Origin: a virus
Taxonomy: Duplodnaviria > Caudoviricetes
DNA: 64,000 nucleotides
Virus record (IMG/VR): IMGVR_UViG_3300034410_000463
Span: 19,334-83,333 of that record
Strand: one strand, 5' to 3'
Shown: in pieces, positions 37,100-46,661 of the stretch
Position numbering within the stretch: the stretch's first letter is position 1
Layout: each line of letters begins with the position of its first letter
Made by a program: the position numbers and the translations under genes
The notes under the pieces: model-generated
The model's database searches: none
Seen by the model: only the letters and a program-made list of their open reading frames with translations
What the model was told of the DNA's origin: nothing

Positions 37100-37128
37100 A
37101 ATAACTCCATAGTTAATTCATATAGAGT

Positions 37129-37136
37129 TATTTATA
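37129..37136 (-). promoter_or_regulatory. T4-type late promoter
   Basis: TATAAATA on minus strand. Confidence 0.6.
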
Positions 37137-37137
37137 G

Positions 37138-37326
37138 TCAATAGCCACCGGTCTTGAACCACCCTTTTCCTTTAAGTGCAAAGCCTCCATCGCCAGCTTT
37201 AATTACTTTTTTCAATTCATCTTTTGCTTTACATTCAGGACAGTCAGTAAGTGCATCATCAACTATCCTTTGAACGATATCAAATTCATGTCCGCATTTT
37301 TTACATTCATATGAATATGTTGGCAT
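37138..37326 (-). CDS. FmdB-family zinc-ribbon protein
   Basis: MPTYSYECKKCGHEF, CPEC, FALKGKGWFKT. Confidence 0.88.
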   Translation of the reverse strand: MPTYSYECKKCGHEFDIVQRIVDDALTDCPECKAKDELKKVIKAGDGGFALKGKGWFKTGGY

Positions 37327-37333
37327 GGTTCTC

Positions 37334-38473
37334 CTACGACAATACGTCTACAATTACTTGAGCAATTTCTCTAAATCGCTTTTCATCAAAGCCACGCGTT
37401 GTTTCAGCAGCCGTACCAATACGAATACCACTTGTTTCCATGAATGGACGAGGATCATTTGGAATACCATTTTTGTTAACAGTAATTCCAGCATGTTCAA
37501 GTCTATCAGCAGCTTCTCTACCAGAATATTTGCTTTCACTTAAATCCATTAGAATAATATGAGAATCAGTTCCACCTGTTTGTACTGGGAAACCTTTTTC
37601 TTCAAATACTTCACACATTGCTTTAGCATTTGCGATAACTTGATCGGCGTATTGAGCAAATTCATTAGTAGATGCTTCAATAAAACACTGAGCTTTTGCT
37701 GCAATGATATGCATCAATGGACCACCTTGCGTTCCTGGGAATATAGCACTATTAATCTTTCGTGTATAGTCTGGGTTATTCCATAAGATAATTCCACCAC
37801 GAGGACCACGAAGTGTTTTATGAGTGGTAGATGTTACTACATCAGCAAAAGGTACTGGATTATAGTAACTTAAGCCTGCAACTAGACCAGAGTAGTGAGC
37901 CATATCTACAAGTAACAATGCTCCTACTTCATCAGCTATTTCCCTAAACATTTTCCAATCAATTTGACGAGGATATGCGCTTGCACCAGCAACAATCATC
38001 TGTGGTTCCAATTCAAGTGCTTGTTCACGAATAGCTTTGTAATCTAATAAACCCTCTTCGTTAACACCGTAAGTATGTGAACTAAACCAAGATCCCGATA
38101 CGTTGACTTTAGCTCCATGCGATAAGTGACCGCCACTCGCAAGATCCATACCTAGAACGGTATCACCTGGTTTTAGAAAAGCTTTAAATACAGCAAGGTT
38201 AGCGTTAGCTCCTGAGTGTGGCTGTACATTTGCAAACTTAGCACCAAACAACTTTGTAACGGTATCAATTGCAAGTTGTTCTACATCATCACAGTTATCA
38301 CATCCATTATAATATCTTTTTGCTGGATAACCTTCAGCATACTTGTTAGTAAATATACTACCTGATAACTCCATTACTGCATCACTTGCATAGTTTTCAC
38401 TTGCAATCAGTTCTACTGTTTCTTCTTGCCTTTTTTCTTCAGCGTTGAGAATGTCTCTAATTCTTTGGTCCAT
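37334..38473 (-). CDS. glyA: Serine hydroxymethyltransferase
   Basis: ELIASEN, NKYAEGYP, NVQPHSG, GGHLSHG, TSTTHKTLRGPRGG, GIRIGT. Confidence 0.97.
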   Translation of the reverse strand: MDQRIRDILNAEEKRQEETVELIASENYASDAVMELSGSIFTNKYAEGYPAKRYYNGCDNCDDVEQLAIDTVTKLFGAKFANVQPHSGANANLAVFKAFLKPGDTVLGMDLASGGHLSHGAKVNVSGSWFSSHTYGVNEEGLLDYKAIREQALELEPQMIVAGASAYPRQIDWKMFREIADEVGALLLVDMAHYSGLVAGLSYYNPVPFADVVTSTTHKTLRGPRGGIILWNNPDYTRKINSAIFPGTQGGPLMHIIAAKAQCFIEASTNEFAQYADQVIANAKAMCEVFEEKGFPVQTGGTDSHIILMDLSESKYSGREAADRLEHAGITVNKNGIPNDPRPFMETSGIRIGTAAETTRGFDEKRFREIAQVIVDVLS

Positions 38474-38480
38474 TTTTTTA

Positions 38481-39602
38481 TTAATCCTCTCGTTGTCCTA
38501 TACCCCAATCGATAACAACTGGGAACCTTGGTATGCCATCAGGCGTTAGTTGGAAGTATCTCAGTGTAGCCCAATCAGGCGATACTCCAGATTCGAATAA
38601 TGCAGCCAATACTGTTTGATTGCCTCTTACACCAGCTCCGAACTCTTGGCCATTGATTTGTAATACAAATCGTTTGACGTGACCTGCCCAATTGCCTTTT
38701 CCTTCTTCTACTCTAAGAACGTTAAATTCTTCAGTAATAAATTCTTTTCGTTTTAATAACGATTTTGATCTTTTATTTTGTTGGTATGGATCATTTGTAC
38801 GAATCATTTGACCTTCATAGCCATCTTCAGTATATTCACCATATAACTGATCCATATCTTCTTGATTAGAAATAGAACGAGTAGATACGGTTTTAACTGA
38901 TTCGTATTCAGATAGTTTACTTAAAACAGTAATACGCTTTTTAAATGATGCCGTTGGAGTAATCAAATCATACACGTGATACTCTACTAAACCCGCAGCT
39001 TCAGCAATATCTTCGGGTGTTGGTTTAGTTTTACGAACTAAAGAAGTAATCTTATTAAAATTATCTTTAAGATCATGATTATATAACTCACCATCGAGAA
39101 TAGCATCTGGATTTTCTTCAAAGTATGGCTTTAAGCTTTCAAAAATATGTGGTACACCAATTATTTCTTTACCTGCACGAGACCACAATCCATTAGCACG
39201 AGCAATACAACGAATGCCATCTAGTTTAGGTTGAGAAAAGTATTCATTGTTATCCCAATCAAACTTAGCGTCTTCATATTTTGCCGCTAACATTGGTTTA
39301 ATCTTATCAAAAGAATCAATGTCTTGCTTTAATCTAAAGTAACCACGTTCAAGTCTCTTTTTAAAATCAGCGAGCATTTCTTGTTCAGCTTGACCTTGCA
39401 AAGATGTCTCGTTAGCTTTACCAACATTCTTTTGTTCTACGATTTTCCAACCAGACTCGACTTGTTTGCCTTCCTCTAAACCAGAAACTGTACGCCAATA
39501 ATAACTACCATTCTCTTCACTTACTTCACCACGCCACATTCTAACTTGACCTTTAGAGTCTCGTTTATATAGTGGAGCTGTACCTGCAATAATATTATTC
39601 AT
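38481..39602 (-). CDS. ATP-dependent DNA ligase
   Basis: SQPKLDGIRC, LDGELY, GYEGQMIR, LLKRK, IPRFPV. Confidence 0.92.
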   Translation of the reverse strand: MNNIIAGTAPLYKRDSKGQVRMWRGEVSEENGSYYWRTVSGLEEGKQVESGWKIVEQKNVGKANETSLQGQAEQEMLADFKKRLERGYFRLKQDIDSFDKIKPMLAAKYEDAKFDWDNNEYFSQPKLDGIRCIARANGLWSRAGKEIIGVPHIFESLKPYFEENPDAILDGELYNHDLKDNFNKITSLVRKTKPTPEDIAEAAGLVEYHVYDLITPTASFKKRITVLSKLSEYESVKTVSTRSISNQEDMDQLYGEYTEDGYEGQMIRTNDPYQQNKRSKSLLKRKEFITEEFNVLRVEEGKGNWAGHVKRFVLQINGQEFGAGVRGNQTVLAALFESGVSPDWATLRYFQLTPDGIPRFPVVIDWGIGQRED

Positions 39603-40045
39603 TATCTTCTCATCCTAGCTATGTCTTTAGCTTGTTCTGTTCCTCGCATGACTGGAACTGCGTTTGATTTGTGCATTTGTCCGATCCCGACAATGAGATC
39701 TCCGGTATATTGTTGCGGCTCTCGCTTTCGTCCTGAGTCTGGAATTGAACCCGCCGCCTTGCTGATTGGCGCGCTTGGATAATTCGGCGATTTGCGTTGG
39801 TACGATTCCTCTGGGACATAGGGCTTAAATTCCTTTTTCTTTTTGGGTTTAGTTTCGCCGAAGACGTATGCTTGATACTCTTCAAATGTTTTGTATTGTA
39901 AGTTATGGCAGTTAGACCTACGCATAGCTTTATTATGCTGTCGCCAGCTTACTTCCATTTCAGCAAGTTTCTTTTGAGTTAACTTACGTCTTTTCTTTTT
40001 TGAATTGCCGTGTACTTGCACGCCTTGAATCATATGCATTGTCAT
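39602..40045 (-). CDS. Conserved T4-like basic protein
   Basis: YTGDLIVGIGQMHKSNAVPV. Confidence 0.65.
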   Translation of the reverse strand: MTMHMIQGVQVHGNSKKKRRKLTQKKLAEMEVSWRQHNKAMRRSNCHNLQYKTFEEYQAYVFGETKPKKKKEFKPYVPEESYQRKSPNYPSAPISKAAGSIPDSGRKREPQQYTGDLIVGIGQMHKSNAVPVMRGTEQAKDIARMRR

Positions 40046-40079
40046 ATGAGCACCTCACTATCATCATTATATAACTACC

Positions 40080-40113
40080 ATTATAACAAAGGGCTGACGT
40101 AATGTCAACCCTT
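40080..40113 (-). promoter_or_regulatory. sigma70 promoter embedded in a hairpin
   Basis: TTGACA-N17-TATAAT; AAGGGTTGAC-ATTAC-GTCAGCCCTT. Confidence 0.8.
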
Positions 40114-40117
40114 ATTT

Positions 40118-40375
40118 TTACAAACTATGACCAGTTCCGGTATATCCTGTATCTTCTACATATTGTAGAAGCTCTTTATATCCACCAATGTATTGTTGAT
40201 CGATAAAAATCTGTGGTACACTTTTAACCGCTACTGGAGCTCTATCCATTAATTCAGCTAAAAGGTTTTGTGCTCTGCCTACATCCTTATATTCATACGT
40301 AAGGCTTCGGTTCTCTGCAAAGGTCTTTGCTTTTGTACAAAAACCACAATTTGCTTTTCCATAAATTGTAATCAT
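40118..40375 (-). CDS. Glutaredoxin (NrdC-like)
   Basis: CGFC, SVPQIF, IGGY. Confidence 0.92.
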   Translation of the reverse strand: MITIYGKANCGFCTKAKTFAENRSLTYEYKDVGRAQNLLAELMDRAPVAVKSVPQIFIDQQYIGGYKELLQYVEDTGYTGTGHSL

Positions 40376-40608
40376 TCTTCTCTTTCCTCTTCTAATTGAT
40401 ATGCGCCTGCTGGTAACTTAAAAGCTTTCATCAGCGCTAACATTTGTTTTGGCGAGATAATGCAATAATCGTAATGTTCTGAGTCAAAATCGAATTGTCT
40501 TATATAAACAACTTCTTCGTGCATTATAATTTGCACATCTTCGTATTCACCGCCTGGGTCTAGTATAGTGATCGAAGTTTCGTCCCAGTCCATTTCAATT
40601 GTAAACAA
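40372..40608 (-). CDS. Hypothetical protein
   Basis: 78-aa acidic ORF. Confidence 0.55.
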   Translation of the reverse strand: MFTIEMDWDETSITILDPGGEYEDVQIIMHEEVVYIRQFDFDSEHYDYCIISPKQMLALMKAFKLPAGAYQLEEEREE

Positions 40609-40614
40609 ATTAAC

Positions 40615-40809
40615 TCACCATAATCCTAACATTTTACTATTACCTGCTATAATAAAAAAGCAAGTTACGATATGTACAGTCCACCAAAAAGTTCTTATCA
40701 TGGCTACAAAATCGGCTTGTCTATCTGACTCACCAACCTTTTCACCCAAGCTTTGAGCCCAGATACGCCACCATTTATTTAATTTTTTTCTAATCCCATA
40801 GAGACTCAT
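40615..40809 (-). CDS. Small membrane protein
   Basis: WRIWAQSLGEK...TM segment. Confidence 0.6.
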   Translation of the reverse strand: MSLYGIRKKLNKWWRIWAQSLGEKVGESDRQADFVAMIRTFWWTVHIVTCFFIIAGNSKMLGLW

Positions 40810-41413
40810 AATATTTCCCGAACAATTTGAACCCGTTAGTCATGCGTTCTTGATGTGCGTGTCGCCCTTCATCATCCGTCCATTCAAATGCACCACTTAA
40901 TGGTCCATCTTTTCCTTCTATATAGTCACCGTAGTATTCTTCTTCCCAATGGTCTTTGCACTTTTGTTCAAACGCCCAGATCATTTCGCCTATTACATAA
41001 TCCCAACGATCATGCCATTTAACATCAGTTTCAGCTTCTTCTAAATAACGCTTTTCTTGCTTTTTAGTAAGACGAAGTTCCTTTGGTACATCTGCATTGT
41101 CTACAAACGGAGAACCATGTTTAGTTTCTTTTAGCTGCTTTAACATTGGAAGGATAATTGGAGCAAGAGTATTATCCATGCTCCAAGTATCGTGACTGTC
41201 TATACGAATAAATTGCTTCTGTTCACGTCGATCAAACCACAATCTATTAACTATATTATATACATCTTGCCAGAATTTGTCAACTGCTTCATAGTAATAA
41301 TCTTCGAAATCACCTTTATCAGGCCACTCAAACATGCCATATTTATTATTCATATGGCGCTGATACATATTACAAGTTAGCCTATAAGGATATTTTCCAA
41401 TTTTTATTTTCAT
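40790..41413 (-). CDS. Conserved phage hypothetical protein
   Basis: DTWSMDNTLAPIILPMLKQLK, GFKLFGKYYESLWD. Confidence 0.7.
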   Translation of the reverse strand: MKIKIGKYPYRLTCNMYQRHMNNKYGMFEWPDKGDFEDYYYEAVDKFWQDVYNIVNRLWFDRREQKQFIRIDSHDTWSMDNTLAPIILPMLKQLKETKHGSPFVDNADVPKELRLTKKQEKRYLEEAETDVKWHDRWDYVIGEMIWAFEQKCKDHWEEEYYGDYIEGKDGPLSGAFEWTDDEGRHAHQERMTNGFKLFGKYYESLWD

Positions 41414-41414
41414 A

Positions 41415-41948
41415 TTACTGCCCGGCTAAATAAGCCATTACTGTTTCTGGAGAAGACTCACCATATGGATCTTCATTTTCCTTAGTGGCCGCTGGCTCCA
41501 CAAACATTTTTTCTACTTCGTTATCGTTAATTACTACGGCAAATCTTTTCGATCTTGAACCAAAGCCAATAACACTAAAATCACCGAGCTGTCCTAGCGC
41601 TTCGGCAAAATACCCATTACCATCTGGGATAACTTTAACTTTCTCAACACCGAGCTTTTCAGCCCAAGCGTTCATTACAAATCCATCGTTTACAGAAGAA
41701 ACATAGATTTCATCAATACCCATCTCTTTAATAGCTTCGTAGTTTTCTTCAAAGCCAGGAAGTTGTTGAGATGAACACGTCGGTGTAAACGCGCCTGGTA
41801 AAGAAAATACAATTGTACGTTTACCACCAAACATTTCAATTGAGTCCATAGGCAACCAACTACCACCAATAGGGCATCCACCATCTTCAGGTTCTACATC
41901 TCCGGTTCTGGCCATAAATGTAATTTGCGGGATCATATCTTTAATCAT
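41415..41948 (-). CDS. Peroxiredoxin (Prx5-type)
   Basis: FSLPGAFTPTCS, SVNDGFVMNAW, PDGNG. Confidence 0.92.
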   Translation of the reverse strand: MIKDMIPQITFMARTGDVEPEDGGCPIGGSWLPMDSIEMFGGKRTIVFSLPGAFTPTCSSQQLPGFEENYEAIKEMGIDEIYVSSVNDGFVMNAWAEKLGVEKVKVIPDGNGYFAEALGQLGDFSVIGFGSRSKRFAVVINDNEVEKMFVEPAATKENEDPYGESSPETVMAYLAGQ

Positions 41949-42658
41949 GTTGTTAACTCCTCAAGTTGTTTCCACGTATCACGCCAATCTTTTACTTGGT
42001 GCGATTTTCCATTTGTGCGTTCTTCTATTGCTTTTGCTATTGACCAATCATTACCTGAAGGAAATATTGAATCACCAAAGAAATGAATCTTTTCTCGATA
42101 GTTTTGAAAGTCTTCAAGTATCTGGCTTTTATCTGAACCAGTGGGGTGAATATCAATACCAGTTTCACCACCAACAGTTGCGGTAATATCCTTATAGTAA
42201 GAATTGATTATGTGAGCAATAGTTTCACGCTCTTTATTTAACGTATCATATTCTACGTACTCTGCACGTTGTTCTTTTGTTGCGTTACGCCCAACAACAG
42301 AAAAGTTCATCATTCCAGGCCGTTCTTCTTTATGGTTACCTGTTCTTACAGGAAATCTACTGGCTTGAAGCCAACCATCAAGAATACGATGCATAGAAGG
42401 AGGAACTTTCCAAGCAGAAGATCGTACTTTTTCTGATCCGGAATATACGTCACTACCAGAGCAGTTGTAAACTTTCTTACAAAGATTATAAGTTGGTTCA
42501 CTAATTTGTTCAATTGTTTTATCTCGATCTGAACCAGTTACGAGGTAAACATCATTTACTAAACAGAAAGTATTAAACCAAGCTTTAAAGTCTAAATCAA
42601 TAATACCTCTACTTGGCGTTAAAGTACCATCTACATCAAATACATATTTTGTGCTCAT
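41945..42658 (-). CDS. HAD-IIB phosphomannomutase-like protein
   Basis: FDVDGTLTPSR, VTGSD, GGETGIDI, DKSQIL, FFGD...GND. Confidence 0.85.
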   Translation of the reverse strand: MSTKYVFDVDGTLTPSRGIIDLDFKAWFNTFCLVNDVYLVTGSDRDKTIEQISEPTYNLCKKVYNCSGSDVYSGSEKVRSSAWKVPPSMHRILDGWLQASRFPVRTGNHKEERPGMMNFSVVGRNATKEQRAEYVEYDTLNKERETIAHIINSYYKDITATVGGETGIDIHPTGSDKSQILEDFQNYREKIHFFGDSIFPSGNDWSIAKAIEERTNGKSHQVKDWRDTWKQLEELTT

Positions 42659-42846
42659 GTCTCGTCCGTTCTAATACACTGCAACTCAGATTCGAGTGGA
42701 AGCTTGTATCTTTCCTCAAATATAATTCTAGCTGTTTCACAAGCTAACCTATCTTCATACATATGAAGAGGATGGTACACGATAGTATCAGGTGCTACCA
42801 TATAGTTTGCTTGTATTGTTGTTATAAGAAATAATCCCCAAAACAT
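42655..42846 (-). CDS. Hypothetical exported protein
   Basis: Hydrophobic N-terminus; two Cys. Confidence 0.5.
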   Translation of the reverse strand: MFWGLFLITTIQANYMVAPDTIVYHPLHMYEDRLACETARIIFEERYKLPLESELQCIRTDET

Positions 42847-42974
42847 TAGTAGTTACTCCATTCATCTTCAGGTTGTTCAAGACCCAGCCTGTGCTGGAAG
42901 TAATGTGCTTTACCATTTACTCTATATCCTATCGGGATACCTAAAAAATCTTCGTAAATAATATAACAAACCAT
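42846..42974 (-). CDS. Small hypothetical protein (42 aa)
   Basis: MVCYIIYEDFLGIP...; fills the gap exactly between neighbours. Confidence 0.4.
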   Translation of the reverse strand: MVCYIIYEDFLGIPIGYRVNGKAHYFQHRLGLEQPEDEWSNY

Positions 42975-43160
42975 CTATTCAGCTCCAGTCCAATGTAATC
43001 GATCATGGGCTTTTCTTGTAAGCTTAGAAAACCTTTCAGCTAATCTCATAACAAACTCGTCGTCTGATTTGTTAGCCATGTCGTGCAAAAAGCTTTCCAT
43101 GTCTTGATCATCTTTGCGGATTTGTGTTAACTCTTCTCTACTTATCTGGGGCATAATCAT
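42975..43160 (-). CDS. Hypothetical protein
   Basis: ORF in operon. Confidence 0.5.
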   Translation of the reverse strand: MIMPQISREELTQIRKDDQDMESFLHDMANKSDDEFVMRLAERFSKLTRKAHDRLHWTGAE

Positions 43161-43329
43161 ATCCTAGACTAAAAGTCACTGTTGGTTGTTCATATTTAAT
43201 TGTAAAGTTACCAAAACCATTATCATTTACTACTGACCAATTCAGTTGAGGATAATCCAAAGGTAACTCAATTTGTTCTGGGTAGATATCGTAAAACTTA
43301 AATTCTAATTGTTCTTCTTTAATTGACAT
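43138..43329 (-). CDS. Hypothetical protein
   Basis: ORF in operon. Confidence 0.45.
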   Translation of the reverse strand: MSIKEEQLEFKFYDIYPEQIELPLDYPQLNWSVVNDNGFGNFTIKYEQPTVTFSLGYDYAPDK

Positions 43330-43741
43330 GTTCGCATACCCTCTTTTTTAAATCGCTTGAACTAAAGCGATGGTCTCTTTTGTTGAAGTAAAGATCAATA
43401 TCACGTTTGCGACATATATCTCTGCCAGTAAAATCCTTATCCCTGTACTCTTCTCCTAATATTCTAACATCGAGATCAAGCATTGTCAATATATCTTCAA
43501 CATCTTTTTCAGAATTATATGGGATAATCTCATCGACATAACTGATACCATTCAGTTGAGTATAGCGTTCAACTATAGTTTGAACAGGAGCATTCTTTTC
43601 TTTGCGATCTTGAGATGGATCCATTTGTAATCCACAAATAAGATAATCGCATTGAGCTTTTGCTTCTCTTAACATTGACACGTGGCCTGCATGTAACAGA
43701 TCAAATGTACTAAAGGTTATACCTACAATCATATTCGCCAA
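43319..43741 (-). CDS. TagD-like glycerol-3-phosphate cytidylyltransferase
   Basis: TFDLLHAGH, YVDEIIPY, RDHRFSSS. Confidence 0.88.
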   Translation of the reverse strand: MANMIVGITFSTFDLLHAGHVSMLREAKAQCDYLICGLQMDPSQDRKEKNAPVQTIVERYTQLNGISYVDEIIPYNSEKDVEDILTMLDLDVRILGEEYRDKDFTGRDICRKRDIDLYFNKRDHRFSSSDLKKRVCEHVN

Positions 43742-44052
43742 TTGATCTCCGTAATATTATCTGGCATTTCAAGCGGATTAAAATGCTCGGTTTGGCGAGA
43801 CCAGCTTTTTAGCATTCCTTGGCCATAGGTAGTTACTCCATATGAATCTTTATCGCATTCATAAGTTGAGCCAGAATAACCTTTAAAAATAAACTTATTC
43901 TCTGTTTCTTCAACACCCGTGATGCCGCTATTTAAACGCCAAGCATCTGGATTATAAGGATTTCCTTCATACCAAGTACCAAAGATTCTATAATGAGGAT
44001 CAGTGCCAGTAATTTCAACTAGCATCCATTTATCTGGTCTGTAATTACTCAC
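43729..44052 (-). CDS. Conserved phage hypothetical protein
   Basis: NYRPDKWMLV, WRLNSGI, GYSGSTYEC; likely GTG start 44052. Confidence 0.65.
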   Translation of the reverse strand: MSNYRPDKWMLVEITGTDPHYRIFGTWYEGNPYNPDAWRLNSGITGVEETENKFIFKGYSGSTYECDKDSYGVTTYGQGMLKSWSRQTEHFNPLEMPDNITEINWRI

Positions 44053-44380
44053 TGGTATCTTTCCAATCTGCGATGAAGTCGAGCTTTTGATTGCGAGTCC
44101 ATTCTTTAAGATAATCATTGTCACGATCAAATAGATTCACGATACGCTCTTCATCTAAAATCATACCATCGATGATTTGTTCGCCAATCCACTTTTGAGA
44201 GAACTCTTTTACATCTTCACATGTAACATTATCTTTTGCCCATTCAATTTGTTTGGCTGGGTCAGCGCTAATATCTATATCTGGGTTTAAAGCCTGAAGC
44301 TCAGATACGGGAACAGCATATCGCTGTCTAAATTGAGATACCGTTGTTACTACGACGTAACGTTCTTTAGGATTCGACAT
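44045..44380 (-). CDS. Hypothetical protein
   Basis: ORF in operon. Confidence 0.6.
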   Translation of the reverse strand: MSNPKERYVVVTTVSQFRQRYAVPVSELQALNPDIDISADPAKQIEWAKDNVTCEDVKEFSQKWIGEQIIDGMILDEERIVNLFDRDNDYLKEWTRNQKLDFIADWKDTSE

Positions 44381-44777
44381 TTACAAACTCTCCATTTTTA
44401 ACTTTAAAGATACCATCAAGTCCAGTAGATCTGATATAAGCTCTACCACCATCGATCATTTTACCATCTATAAAAAGACAATCATGATGGCAAGAGGAAT
44501 AATGCCAATCACCATCTTTGTTTTGAATCATACCAAACTCATAGTCTTCTACGATATCAGCATTAGTAATAAGCACACGATCATCGCTAGTACTGCGTAG
44601 ACCAAAGTATTTATTGCCAAACTCAGGGTGAGGAGTTTCTCTATAGAAAATGTCTAATGGTTGGTCACTATTTTGCAAATCAGTCGTGCAAACATAAGAC
44701 ACAGGTACACCATCTTTTTTACTATATAACTCAGCTACCTTATCAGTATTGAATAAGCTTGGATGCTTAATATTCAT
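44367..44777 (-). CDS. Conserved phage hypothetical protein
   Basis: YSSCHHD, MIDGGRAYIR. Confidence 0.65.
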   Translation of the reverse strand: MNIKHPSLFNTDKVAELYSKKDGVPVSYVCTTDLQNSDQPLDIFYRETPHPEFGNKYFGLRSTSDDRVLITNADIVEDYEFGMIQNKDGDWHYSSCHHDCLFIDGKMIDGGRAYIRSTGLDGIFKVKNGEFVNVES

Positions 44778-44812
44778 AGTTTAACCTTTTGTTATCGGAT
44801 GTTACAATTATA

Positions 44813-45442
44813 CTATACTTCTTCGTCAATGTCAACTGCTTTTTCAGCTTTTTTCATCTGACGCTCAAGAACCTTAACTTTCTTCTTTAAACGCTTGATG
44901 CATTCGTCACCATCCATCCAAATGTCTTTGTTATCAAGAATAGAAGTAATTTCTTTTTCAGTTAAGAAGTCAGAATAAACTTCACGCAATAACTTCTCAG
45001 ACCAATCTTTTTCGTGAGATAGACGATCATACATCTCGCCACCTTTACCAACTACACCACTTGAATAGTTGTGGAACATGAACATAGAGTGTGGTGATAC
45101 TTCAAACTGGTGTCCGTGTAAGAAGATCAAAGTCGCCGCACTCATACAAGCACCTTCTACAGAAACAACGATGTTTGCAGCAGTATCAGATAGCACTCGC
45201 ATAAATTGTATAGCAGTAAACAGATCACCGCCGGAAGAGTTAATATAAAACTTTAGAACATCGTTTTCACCAGCAGAACGAATGGTATCAAACCAATCGA
45301 TATAATCTTCCGATGATTCAATGTCTCCGCTTAAATAAAACTCGTGAATATTAACACATTGTTTTGATATAATGCGATTGCCTTGAGCAACTGGAGGCTT
45401 TAGTAAATCCATTAAATCTATTTGTTTATTAGCTTTTTTCAA
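44813..45442 (-). CDS. ClpP-like (S14) protease subunit
   Basis: FYINSSGGDL, CMSAATLIF, SMFMFH, DIWM. Confidence 0.85.
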   Translation of the reverse strand: MKKANKQIDLMDLLKPPVAQGNRIISKQCVNIHEFYLSGDIESSEDYIDWFDTIRSAGENDVLKFYINSSGGDLFTAIQFMRVLSDTAANIVVSVEGACMSAATLIFLHGHQFEVSPHSMFMFHNYSSGVVGKGGEMYDRLSHEKDWSEKLLREVYSDFLTEKEITSILDNKDIWMDGDECIKRLKKKVKVLERQMKKAEKAVDIDEEV

Positions 45443-45455
45443 AGTTATAGTCCTT

Positions 45456-45590
45456 TTAGTAAGTGTGTACGACTTTTCTACATTCGGCCATTCTTCTCAT
45501 GCTTGATAGCGTTCCATATAAGTCGTCGTCGTTTTTAACTGCGAATGCTAGCCACAAGATCAAAATCAACCTGGCGATTAGCATCCTCAT
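45456..45590 (-). CDS. Small protein with hydrophobic N-terminus (44 aa)
   Basis: MRMLIARLILILWLAFAV; ATGA overlap with upstream gene. Confidence 0.5.
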   Translation of the reverse strand: MRMLIARLILILWLAFAVKNDDDLYGTLSSMRRMAECRKVVHTY

Positions 45591-46105
45591 TGATGTATGG
45601 TTATCTCCTCGATATTAAGCGGAGTATAGTTTATTTGTTCAACGCAAGCACAAAAGTATGGACCATCAGGCGATGGATTTCTGTGTATGTGACCGTGAAC
45701 ATTTATTTTATCTTCTTTAAATCTGTGCTTCTCAGCTAGCGTCGAAGGATGCAAAGGTGTGTGAGTAAAAATGAATCCAGGAATATCGATCCATAGTTGC
45801 ACGTCTTTAAAGAATTGTCCGATATGTTTTACATTGTCATGATTACCAAGTACAAGTCTTTTCTTACCTGGCAGTTTAGCAAAGTTGTGTTCCATCCATT
45901 CTGATTTATGGTGGCCAAATAGAACATCACCACAATGAATTACAGTATCATTAGGACCAACAACGCTTACCCAATTATCCATCATTGCTTCGTTCATTTG
46001 ATCAATAGATTCAAAGGTGCGTGTAGCTTCGCCAAGATAGTTTTTAAATTCTAATATGTTTCCGTGGTTAAAGTGAGTATCACTTATAACAAACGTTTTG
46101 CTCAT
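45587..46105 (-). CDS. Calcineurin-like metallophosphoesterase
   Basis: SDTHF, HCGD, GNHD, FTH, NVHGHIH. Confidence 0.9.
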   Translation of the reverse strand: MSKTFVISDTHFNHGNILEFKNYLGEATRTFESIDQMNEAMMDNWVSVVGPNDTVIHCGDVLFGHHKSEWMEHNFAKLPGKKRLVLGNHDNVKHIGQFFKDVQLWIDIPGFIFTHTPLHPSTLAEKHRFKEDKINVHGHIHRNPSPDGPYFCACVEQINYTPLNIEEITIHQ

Positions 46106-46635
46106 TTTTCTTCCCAGCGATAATAAATGTGTGCTCCAATACGACCAACCATTTGAAGGCTGTCTGCCCAGAATGGGTCTACGTATGATGCGTGATAATG
46201 TGTAGCACCTTCAGTAATTCCTCGGTATTGTCCATACTCAAACATTGAATAAGCAATTGATTGTGCTTCATACCAACGATCCATATCTAAAGGAACGTCA
46301 GGTTTACCATCGCAATACCAAGAGAACTGACATGTTTTACTTCCTGCTATATAGCCATCTTGTACAACACCACAAATCGTGTCTGGATATCTTCGATCTA
46401 TTACTCGATTCATTACTACGTCTGTAACAGATATTTTATCTGCTAGATTACTTCCACGTGCTTCATAATAAATGTTTTGAGCTAAGCAATGTAATTCATC
46501 GGCTCGGTGCTCGGTAGTTTGTCGCAAGACTGCTGCTTCATCTGCCATTGACTTTGCATATACTGGATAGATAATCCCACCAATAATAAAAACAAACATG
46601 ATTATTGAATTTATAATTTTTTGATTCTTAGTCAT
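46102..46635 (-). CDS. SleB-like cell wall hydrolase with N-terminal TM anchor
   Basis: CLAQNIYYEARG, VVMNRV, CQFSWYCDG, GATHYHA, IGAHIYY. Confidence 0.92.
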   Translation of the reverse strand: MTKNQKIINSIIMFVFIIGGIIYPVYAKSMADEAAVLRQTTEHRADELHCLAQNIYYEARGSNLADKISVTDVVMNRVIDRRYPDTICGVVQDGYIAGSKTCQFSWYCDGKPDVPLDMDRWYEAQSIAYSMFEYGQYRGITEGATHYHASYVDPFWADSLQMVGRIGAHIYYRWEEK

Positions 46636-46661
46636 AGTACACTCCAATCAATTTATATGTC

